DNA from: Lytechinus pictus
Lineage: Eukaryota
NCBI RefSeq assembly: GCF_037042905.1
Contig: NC_087251.1
Coordinates: 15,564,001-15,628,000, forward strand
Reading direction: 5' to 3'
DNA length: 64,000 nucleotides
Of the stretch, positions 57,401 to 64,000 are shown piece after piece. The position numbers were made by a program, and so were the translations under genes. The stretch's first letter is position 1. The number at the start of each line of letters is the position of its first letter. Under the pieces are notes generated by a model. The model was given only the letters and a program-made list of their open reading frames with translations. It made no database searches and was not told the origin of the DNA.

Positions 57401-60400
57401 AGCTAAGTTGGGTGTTCTCTTGATAGTAAAGAGCCAGATACGCCAGAGAATCACTGAATGTTTTTTCCACCTCTTCAAATGACTGCTTCTGTGAGGCAAT
57501 GTACAGTTCTTAAGCATTGGTAGCTCTTGGTGTTTGGGTGAATTAGTTGGTAGTTTGTGTATTTGGGCAAGGACACTTCTTTGTGGGGGGACCATTTTTC
57601 TGCCTCCACCATTTTCTGCTGGAACCACTGAGATTCACAAACAACCGGTTTGAGGGAATGTTCTGAATTAGCCTTGTCAACTTGACGTCCTTTGTCATCA
57701 CAATGACTTTCCTCGTAAGTAGGCCTACCCTATGATTAACTGTTGTATAAGCTGCAGAGAAGTCAACAATGGCTGCTCCAGTTTTCAGACCTTCCTCAAA
57801 CCATCTGATGTACTGAGTCCTGGCCTGAATATTGCATACTTGAATGAGGAACTCAGTCACAAAGGGAGCAATGCGTTTAATCGGGAGCCTTTCAAAGGGC
57901 TTGTATGTGTGACAGAGTAGACAGATTGTTCTGTAACTCCTTGGGCTGATTGGGTCTTTACCTGGCTCTAGTTAGGCAACTACCCTCAATTTCCTTTTGC
58001 CGTTTTATTTTTTCATGCAAACAGTGGTTTAACATGTCAGCAGCCATTGGGCTGCAACAGGTTCAAGAAGTGTGATCTGCTCACAGAGGACATCTAATCC
58101 AGGTGCCCTGTTGCTCTTCATTATTTTCTTTGATAGCATAGCACAAGCAGACAAGACGTTCATGCTGAATGGTCTTGTGGTTTCAAATGTCTCTTAGTTG
58201 GGAGGCTGTCTCTGCACTTTTAGGGAGGTTGGCCCTTCGCGGGCAATAAATAGGGATACCTTGTACACAAGAAGATAGTTGGCCATTTTGTCAGTGGTCA
58301 CTAGGGTTATAGTTTGAGACTCGCATAGTCGTTTTCGAGGATCCGAATTATTTTCCCGGCTTTTCTGCTGTAGTTAGTCATATCCAGTGATTTAATTAAT
58401 TACTGTCACTTTCTTTTTTACTATCCATAATGACAATTGTCAATTTTCCCCCACATTCAAGTGTATCGGCACCAAAGGGGTAATTCTCAAAGCTCCTTTA
58501 ATTATTAATTGTACAGCAGCTTCGTCATCCGTCAAGCCCGCATTATAGTTTGTACGGCATCCTCGTGGAATATTTTTCTGTGATGATTCCTTCAACAGCT
58601 TTCCAAATGTGTCTTAATGTCGTAAGGAGTGCTGGAAGATTCTGTGGATAGGTATTCGGATCTATGACAAACTGCTCCCTGATTGCTTTCTTCAGGGTGA
58701 AACGTCTGTGAAAAGGAACGGTGTGTGGAGTGATGGCTGCATTCACCTTCAGCCCAATCGGTCGATGTTGAGTGTGCGGGAGAGGGTCAAGCACAACTTT
58801 CTCAAATTTTGTCGGGTGATGCAATCTAATTTGCATGTGACCAGTTCTCCACAAGTTCTCCATCTCGTTGGTTTCTCCCGGGGTTTCTCCATACCCCCAG
58901 ATAATGCTTTGACTGTTGAAATCCCCAATAATTACATTTCCTAGATCGGAGGTGGCTTCTCGAGTAAGGAAGAAAGATTGGTTAGGTTTATAGAAAGAAC
59001 TTAAAGAAATACTCATAAGTTCAATGGTTAGGACTTTGCCCTTAAGCTTGATGAGACAATAATAGGGCCTCCTCTTAATTAATTATACTTGAAAAGATAT
59101 TGGACATGCTAATTAACTGCTGGAATCAGTAATGCTCATATAGAATGTCCAGGGACTAACCGGTTCTAGTGAGCAACAGGCTCAGATTAGAGCAATTTTT
59201 GTTGTCTACTTGATACATGTACGACATACTGAGGATCTCTTGATCTATGTTTAAATCACGGCAGGTGGTCATTGAAAAGTTTTTTTAACCAGGTTGTGCA
59301 GATAAACCAGCAATCCTGCTTGAAGGTCTGCAAGTAGACTATTGTGTTAACTGCCCCATTGCCCATGGATGCATTGGTATAATAAAAGAAAAAAGACAAA
59401 ACCTTGCAACAACACAGGAAAATTGCCAGAATTGCAGATAGAAACTTTGATAGATCATTGTGATTTACATAATTTAGTAGGTTCCCTCATAATGTAATAA
59501 GCTTTTGAGTTCACAATCACTACAGTTTAGGGATTATATATGCCATACTTATAAATAATTTCGTTTTCCTATTGCAGACACTTTACACTTTAAGGTTGGT
59601 CTTGGATATGTATTACCCTTCCTAATAAATGTTGTATAATAAAATGTTCCAAATAACAACCTAAATGATATTGTTGATAATACCTATTTCCTCTCCCATT
59701 GCCGTATGCAGCGAAAAGTTACATTTTTAAACTAAAAGTTTTCACAAAATTCACCCAAAGTGTGGATGATATCCTTCAATTTACTATGAAAAAGTGCCTC
59801 TTGCCAAACTCAGTAGCTTCGCTCCCTCGCTTTGTTTCTTGGAATTTTTTCAGTCGTCAGCCACCCCAAGGAAAAATCTTCTTCATACAGCCATGCCCTC
59901 TCTCAATATGCCAACTGCCTATCCAGATGTGTGAAATTAATTGTCATCACCACGATAAATGCTTAGAATAGTATAAGATGCATTTTGAGTACCAAAAAAC
60001 AGGAATTTTGGGGAGGTTACAGGCTTGAAATATCGCCAAAAAGTGATGGTTGCTAGGGAAAATACTGTTGCTAGGCAACATAAAATGGTTTCCATAGGTA
60101 ACAAAAAATATCTGAATACTCAATTATTTAAATTAGAACAGATGACATGACACAGCAGGGTATCTAAGAATGATTTATAACAATATCATAAAATCCTTTA
60201 AATGATACGTATAGTCGTAAATACACACAAATAAATTATTAGTGATATCCGTCACATGCAGGGGTTATTCAAACAAGGCAATAATGTAATTTTTCATGAT
60301 CATGAATGCATTATACACCCTAGTCTTCCTCTTTTATCACTTTTTCATCAAAATTCACCTTCTTCATTAGTTTTTACAAATTAAAAACTAAAAAAAAATG

Positions 60401-63099
60401 ATAAAATGAATTAATCTGATAAAAAAATAAGAGAATATTGAAAAGTGAATATGGTTGCTAGGGAAAATAATGTTGCTAGGCAACAGTTTTGAAATCAAAT
60501 ATTATGAAATATATATTTGGTTGCTAGGCGTTATCATATCATTCAATCTGTAATGATTTTAACCTCGTAAATTCTGTATTTATATATAAATTAGTGCAAT
60601 TAATTAACAAATATAAATAATAAGTTACTGCTTTGCATTTATCACAAAAATGGGCGTGGCCTATTCAAGGCTGGTTTCCATGGTGAAGCTACACTCTGCG
60701 ACACTTTTAATTCTCAGTTCTGAAAAATTCAGAAAATTTCCTTTAAAATGATGCATGAATTTGCTTTGATCCAGTCGGGGGGATTAAAGTCCCAAATTTT
60801 GGCCTCTGGCCGCTCGCCTATTTGTCCTCCTTCTTAAAATGGCAATTAAAGGGGATTTGTCCTTCCTTTAAAGACCTTCTCTTTTCCTGTCAATGGGACT
60901 GTGGTTTGGAGTGTGATTGATTGAATGACTTGAACAACTTTGTAAGGACTATATTGACATTTTGGGGAAGAACTGATGTATTACCAAGAAAATGTTTGTT
61001 CATTTCAAATAACAATTCCATGTTTCATTCATGTTCAAAAGGATTCAGTTCACACACTTCATCTCATTCAATAAACATAACATCATTCAATTTCTGTGCC
61101 AAGTAACGTAAAACTAAAAGACAAATCACGTTTTACAAACGATTGTGTTCGGTGATCAATGCAAGCAATCAGTCTTAAAAGTAAATCACTAATAATTGTA
61201 TTAAAGAGCCCTGGAATCAACTGAAGTTATCATGATGGGAAGCTGACATGGTTGACAATGACCTTAGGAGTACATTATTATGGTCCATGAATTAAGGCTT
61301 ATGTATCATTTCTATTTTTGATTATCATGTTCTCAATGCATAGTTATCAATTACATGTATATTCAAAGAGCATCAACCACACACAGGGCAATTGTTTCAG
61401 ATTTACTGAGAGCAAGTCAAACAAATAAATAGATAAATAGACTGATTTCATATCATTGTCGTTTGGTATCCTTCGAAGATGACAAGACAAACATACAGAC
61501 AACTAAATTCACTTGCAGTCATCATGGTCTTTAATTTCCTTCCAGACATACATGTAATGATAGCAAGACTAACAAACAAACAAACAATCAGACTCACTTG
61601 CACTCATTATGATCTGTGGGATTCCTTCAAGACATACCAATAGCAAGAACAAGTGGAATGCCTCTGGCCGTCTCACCTGCATCACGCGATTCAATATAGC
61701 AGCAGTGCTGATTTTGAAAACTACTATAACTCGCACAAGATGTTCAGTGATACTTGGTTACTCTTATTTCCACGTTTTAGACCAATACACTTATAGAGAT
61801 ATGATGGCAAATCAACAAATACCCCCAACGTGGCCAAAGTTCTTTGACCTTACATGACCTTTGACCTTGATCATGTGACCTGAAACTCGCACAGGATGTT
61901 CAGTGATACTTGATTACTATTATGTCCAAGTTTTATGTACTAGACCAACACACTTTCAAATTTATGGCTGTAATTCAACAAATACCCCAATTTGGCCAAA
62001 GTTCATTGACCCTAAATGACCTTTGACCTTGATCATGTGACCTGAAACTTGCACAGGATGTTCAGTAATACTTGATTACTATTATGTCCAAGTTTCATGA
62101 ATCAGATCCATAAACTTTCAAAGTTATGATGGTAATTCAACAGATACCCCCAATTCGGCCAAAGTTCATTGACCCCCTAAATGACCTTTGACCTTGGTCA
62201 TGTGATGTAAAACTCAAGCAGGATGTTCAGTGATACTTGATTAACCTTATGTATAAGTTTCATGAACTAGGTCCATATATTTTCTAAGTTATGATGACAT
62301 TTCAAAAACTTAACCTTAGGTTAAGATTTTGATGTTGATACCCCCAACATGGTCTAAGTTCATTGACCCTAAATGACCTTTGACCTTGGTCATGTGACAT
62401 GAAACTCAGGCAGGATGTTTAGTAATACTTGATTAACCTTATGGCCAAGTTTCATGAACTAGGTCCATATACTTTATAAGTTATGCTGTCATTTCAAAAA
62501 CTTAACCTCAGGTTAAGATTTGGTGTTGACGCCGCCGCCGCCGTCGCCGTCGGAAAAGCGGCGCCTATAGTCTCACTCTGCTATGCAGGTGAGACAAAAA
62601 CAGACAGACAGACACCAATAAACAAGCATACTCACTTGTCACAAATTAAAAACTGAAATCAGCAATTGAAATGTTTGAAGAGTGACAACCTTTTCAAAAT
62701 GTTGTATATAACCTTGCATTAAGCTGAATTCAACGACTTACATGTAAGTGTTGGATCGGACTAATTACGGTGGAAATGTAACATTTGGAAAAGGTTGTCA
62801 CTCCTCCAACCTATCAATTGCTCATTTAACATTTCAGTTTTTAGCGTGCATGATAGCAACACTCACAAACAAATAAACCAACAGACATACAACAGACAGA
62901 CAGAAAAACAGAAAAGCATACTCACTTGCAATCATGATGGTCTTTGAATTTCCTCCCAGACTATCCTTGAGAAGCCAGGTAAGTATGGAGTTTCGATAAG
63001 GCACATAGTTTGTCCTGCGTCGAGGACCAGAGAGGGCGTCCCAGTCTTCACTCATTGATAGACTCTCCATGCTAGCAGCCATAGCCGCACTGTCAGCAG
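165..63099 (-). CDS. STARD9: STARD9/KIF16A-like kinesin-3 with FHA and C-terminal START domain (multi-exon, 5' end outside window)
   Basis: Spliced exons give the kinesin motor C-terminus ([50 protein letters not shown]), the kinesin-3 pre-FHA/FHA region ([14 protein letters not shown]...FRFNHP), a giant exon and a START domain (GWRHEGRE...HPRDCLC). All core junctions are phase-compatible. Kinesin-3 plus START is the STARD9 architecture. Confidence 0.92.
730..852 (-). CDS. STARD9: Exon: START domain ([16 protein letters not shown]...[14 protein letters not shown])
   Basis: AG/GT, 123 nt, START PRD motif. Confidence 0.92.
1209..1285 (+). mobile_element. Degenerate tRNA-derived SINE head
   Basis: A-box-like tggccaggtgg and B-box-like agttcaaagcc at tRNA spacing. 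Confidence 0.4.
1434..1599 (-). CDS. STARD9: Exon: START domain ([14 protein letters not shown]...RQLYDPMLK)
   Basis: AG/GT, 166 nt, phase 2 to 0. Confidence 0.9.
1857..2030. repeat. (ATC)n degenerate microsatellite
   Basis: Runs of catcatcat. Confidence 0.95.
2074..2138 (-). CDS. STARD9: Exon ([21 protein letters not shown])
   Basis: AG/GT, 65 nt, phase 0 to 2; GW begins the START core. Confidence 0.82.
2659..2793. mobile_element. ~130-bp MITE; related copies at ~37675-37800 and ~47552-47681
   Basis: Imperfect TIRs gggcccc.taac.caaagct ... agctt.tg.gttac.gggcc shared by three loci. Confidence 0.6.
3938..3999 (-). CDS. STARD9: Exon: helix preceding START domain ([21 protein letters not shown])
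   Basis: Strong pyrimidine tract plus gtag acceptor, gtaaaa donor; its phase 1 to 0 is needed to join the 7871 and 2138 exons. Confidence 0.8.
5615..6631 (+). mobile_element. Non-autonomous Helentron/pearl(Tsp)-like element with internal ~120-bp tandem repeats
   Basis: AACAAG start; subterminal inverted repeat 5637-5649/6614-6626; 3' hairpin plus A-run; short (gcc)n; TGACCTTTGACC core repeats; second copy at 61648-62600. Confidence 0.75.
7871..8513 (-). CDS. STARD9: Exon ([10 protein letters not shown]...VRESKL)
   Basis: acag acceptor, gtaatt donor, 643 nt, phase 0 to 1. Confidence 0.88.
9164..25452 (-). CDS. STARD9: Giant exon, 16,289 nt (~5,430 aa; S/D/E/P-rich, mostly disordered stalk/tail)
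   Basis: Uninterrupted ORF; ccag acceptor at 25453 (phase 1); GC donor GAG|gcaagt at 9163 (phase 0) matches the next exon. Confidence 0.92.
20640..22460 (-). repeat. Coding tandem repeat, ~9 degenerate units of ~75 aa inside the giant exon
   Basis: Recurring SQENS.ND..NISDQE..GE.L...SV.PD.TSDDEE...TSSKP.C. Confidence 0.85.
24590..24775 (-). repeat. Coding 27-nt (9-aa) repeat SSRS(S/D/A)SP(S/T)K, ~7 units
   Basis: Visible in the ORF translation. Confidence 0.85.
25534..26107. mobile_element. Degenerate TTAA-flanked MITE (Kolobok/piggyBac type)
   Basis: ttaaggg...ctttaa ends; inverted internal blocks gatcactaatgctatg/catagcatttagtgatc and tgtgatgtca/tgacatcaca. Confidence 0.55.
26488..26708 (-). 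CDS. STARD9: Exon: coiled coil ([10 protein letters not shown]...NQKEM)
   Basis: AG/GT, 221 nt, phase 2 to 1. Confidence 0.9.
27467..27520 (-). CDS. STARD9: Exon ([18 protein letters not shown])
   Basis: AG/GT, 54 nt, phase 2 to 2; joins to give NPGLELER. Confidence 0.88.
28176..28394. mobile_element. MITE with ctaacc-like core
   Basis: Imperfect TIRs (gcgacaatggctcc / ggagcaaatgtcgc). Confidence 0.55.
28560..28717 (-). CDS. STARD9: Exon ([20 protein letters not shown]...PIMMFNPG)
   Basis: AG/GT, 158 nt, phase 0 to 2. Confidence 0.88.
30121..30577. mobile_element. PIF/Harbinger-like MITE
   Basis: TIR gggcaattcca / tggaatagccc followed by TAA; internal gtaac(g/a)tgagtaacc three times. Confidence 0.6.
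31031..31044. promoter_or_regulatory. RFX X-box GTTACCATGGGAAC
   Basis: Near-consensus match beside a CpG-richer patch. Confidence 0.45.
32367..32402 (-). CDS. Candidate 36-nt microexon ([12 protein letters not shown])
   Basis: ccag acceptor, perfect gtaagt donor, phase 0-0. Confidence 0.5.
34305..34334 (-). CDS. Candidate 30-nt microexon ([10 protein letters not shown])
   Basis: Pyrimidine tract plus ttag acceptor, perfect gtaagt donor, phase 0-0. Confidence 0.5.
34810..34823. promoter_or_regulatory. Perfect palindromic RFX X-box GTTGCCATGGCAAC
   Basis: Exact consensus match; function untested. Confidence 0.55.
36997..37056 (-). CDS. Candidate cassette exon ([20 protein letters not shown])
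   Basis: ctag acceptor, weak gtctga donor, 60 nt, frame-preserving phase 0-0. Confidence 0.3.
37856..39202. mobile_element. MITE interrupted by a CR1 insertion
   Basis: TIRs gtgtttcataaagatttaagtatgactt / aagtcatacttaaatctttatgaaacac flank the LINE. Confidence 0.8.
37918..39056 (+). mobile_element. 5'-truncated CR1-clade LINE (RT C-terminus plus 3' UTR)
   Basis: ORF 38013-38912 with LFADD and CR1-type [22 protein letters not shown] motifs; taaaag/taag repeat tail at 39037-39056. Confidence 0.92.
39489..39571 (-). CDS. STARD9: Exon: FHA end ([28 protein letters not shown])
   Basis: AG/GT, 83 nt, phase 1 to 0, FRFNHP motif. Confidence 0.95.
39674..40430. mobile_element. PIF/Harbinger-like MITE
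   Basis: TAA on both sides; TIR gggtgtgtttatgctt / aagcataaacatggcc. Confidence 0.75.
40569..40987. mobile_element. Foldback-like MITE built from short repeated subunits
   Basis: Left half has repeated (t)tcgtc/ttggtc units, right half their complements; flanked by CAAGGAA direct repeat. Confidence 0.7.
41180..41935 (-). repeat. Tandem ~76-80-bp array derived from the FHA exon 3' end plus donor
   Basis: About 8 units of ttgtgtgagttctac..gtctgtggacattg matching exon positions 41942-41975. Confidence 0.85.
41378..41522. mobile_element. Small MITE, same family as 43194-43339 in opposite orientation
   Basis: cagggg.cgcggaacggttttgaaagtgggggg...tgaccatgcaaaa. Confidence 0.7.
41942..42079 (-). 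CDS. STARD9: Exon: FHA ([19 protein letters not shown]...CAVNG...ELTQG)
   Basis: AG/GT, 138 nt, phase 1 to 1. Confidence 0.93.
42845..44914. mobile_element. Non-autonomous Tc1/mariner-like element nested in the hAT
   Basis: TIR cacaacaaaaaaagtaagtccccc / gggggacttactttttttgttgtg, TA flanks. Confidence 0.88.
43194..43339. mobile_element. 146-bp MITE nested in the Tc1-like element
   Basis: TIR caggggccgcggaa / ttccgcggcccctg; 5-bp direct repeat TATTG. Confidence 0.85.
46122..46173 (-). CDS. STARD9: Exon: FHA start ([17 protein letters not shown])
   Basis: AG/GT, 52 nt, phase 0 to 1, G.T.IGR FHA motif. Confidence 0.92.
46401..46788. repeat. 109-bp near-perfect inverted repeat, Penelope-like
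   Basis: 46401-46509 vs 46680-46788 with one mismatch; the spacer carries a CTGAAGA...GAAACGTC motif. Confidence 0.85.
47345..47464 (-). CDS. STARD9: Exon: pre-FHA ([40 protein letters not shown])
   Basis: AG/GT, 120 nt, KIF16-type [13 protein letters not shown] motif. Confidence 0.95.
48125..48253 (-). CDS. STARD9: Exon: coiled coil (ASSQ...[17 protein letters not shown])
   Basis: AG/GT, 129 nt, phase 0; LT..W.EKW motif of kinesin-3. Confidence 0.92.
49733..49810 (-). CDS. STARD9: Exon: neck coil ([26 protein letters not shown])
   Basis: cag acceptor and gtgagt donor, 78 nt, kinesin-3 neck coil LIRELR.EI.RL. Confidence 0.93.
51192..51289 (-). CDS. STARD9: Exon: motor end/neck ([33 protein letters not shown])
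   Basis: AG/GT boundaries, 98 nt, phase 1 to 0, kinesin ET.STL.YA.RAK motif. Confidence 0.95.
53376..53981. mobile_element. Kolobok-type MITE with ~200-bp TIRs
   Basis: taaagggatggtccaggctg... / ...cagcctggaccatcccatta; long inverted arms. Confidence 0.85.
54570..54712 (-). mobile_element. tRNA-derived SINE fragment
   Basis: Minus-strand head gatagctcagtcggtagagcgg with a degenerate B-box. Confidence 0.65.
55400..56285 (+). mobile_element. Degenerate Ingi/Vingi-like LINE 3' fragment
   Basis: Translates to ...WG...[15 protein letters not shown]..., typical of the post-RT region; frameshifted. Confidence 0.65.
56640..59050 (-). mobile_element. Degenerate Ingi/Vingi-like LINE (endonuclease plus RT relics)
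   Basis: IIGDFNS...WGY and HTQHRPI (EEP endonuclease); [17 protein letters not shown] (RT); multiple frameshifts. Confidence 0.75.
61440..62640 (-). repeat. Degenerate tandem copies of the motor exon 3' end plus donor, interrupted by transposons
   Basis: 61509-61548 and 61593-61633 resemble 62921-62962; 62600-62638 copies the intron start plus donor. Confidence 0.75.
61648..62600 (+). mobile_element. Second Helentron/pearl-like element with ~120-bp tandem repeats
   Basis: Same termini and core as 5615-6631; subterminal inverted repeat 61670-61682/62583-62595. Confidence 0.75.
62640..62850. mobile_element. ~210-bp MITE
   Basis: Inverted arms gagtgacaaccttttcaaaatgtt / aacatttggaaaaggttgtcactc. 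Confidence 0.7.
62926..63099 (-). CDS. STARD9: Exon: kinesin motor C-terminal part (...[27 protein letters not shown])
   Basis: Canonical kinesin motif; donor A|gtgagt at 62925; acceptor tgcag at 63100 is less certain; phase 1 out. Confidence 0.9.
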
Positions 63100-64000
63100 C
63101 TGCATTCAAATAGACAGGATTCAGAGTTGTAAATATCAAAATTAAATGAAAAAAAAATGTTGAATTTATATTGATATCCCTTGACTTTTCAACTTCAGCA
63201 TCCATTTTGACATTATCCTGTTTCTGTAGGTAACATTGACTTACAGTACTCACAGTACTTACAGTACTGTTGAACTGACTGAACCAATGAAAATGAGTAT
63301 CAAGAATATCTGCATTCAAATCAAAATATCAACTATTTTACTAGAGCAGAATTTACATAAATAACGTTCATAGCGTTTATGCAACTTTAAAAATTATTTC
63401 TTGAATGTTGATCAGAAGCAAAAATAACAAAAAAATCCCATCACCTACAACACTAAAAACTGCAAAAGCAACACGCAAGAAACCAAATGGATGTATTTAA
63501 AAACACAACATTATCATTGGCAACAAAACTTCATGATTGATGCAAGACACTTGCCAGTGACAAAAAAAAATTCCATGACAAGTCCAAAACCTTATGCCCC
63601 TTTTTTATTTCTTTAAAATGCTTACTAAACTGCTTACTTTGTTTAAAGTACCCATTATATAAGTGCTTATATAAATTTCTTAAACCTAGTACTGCTATAG
63701 TAGATATAATAATAATATGGATTAATTGTTACATGATGTTGCCATGGATAATAAAGTGGATATATAAATCAATCTTAATTACAAATCAGGAGTATTTAAC
63801 TAGTTCAATCCATTATCATAAATCATATATATGCATGCATGTTGTATTTCCTTAGAATACAACATATATTGCTGCTTAAAAATTAAATATGAAAATACAA
63901 CTGATACCATATATAATTAATTAATTGAGGCATATAATGTAAGTTAATATCATATCAAGTTTATAAATATTATAACCTCCACTGAGAAGCACTGATATGT

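Larger units (their letters stand above)
52283..60818. mobile_element. ~8.5-kb composite DNA-transposon relic with long TIRs
   Basis: ggtgagcggccagaagccaaaa...ccacgcccatttt (52283-52464) is inverted at 60647-60818; TA flanks; further patchy inverted blocks extend ~1 kb inward. Confidence 0.8.

Overview
Eukaryotic, AT-rich animal genomic DNA; the repeat content suggests an echinoderm such as a sea urchin (inference only). Almost the whole window is one minus-strand gene, a STARD9/KIF16A-type kinesin-3. It runs from the end of the motor domain through a coiled coil, an FHA domain and a single 16,289-nt exon (~5,430 aa, low complexity) to a C-terminal START domain, with the stop at 165-167. The 5' motor exons lie beyond the window. 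I reconstructed 18 phase-consistent core exons (~6,300 codons), one GC-AG intron and several candidate micro- or alternative exons. The introns are full of nested transposons: MITEs, hAT, Tc1-like, CR1, Vingi-like LINE relics, SINEs, two Helentron/pearl-like satellite-bearing elements and a Penelope-like hairpin. The most unusual signals are (i) tandem 'echo' copies of exon 3' ends directly downstream of three different exons, one showing synonymous-only divergence over 14 codons, (ii) co-varying termini in the Helentron-like elements, and (iii) many RFX X-box motifs, both free-standing and transposon-borne. There are no prokaryotic features.
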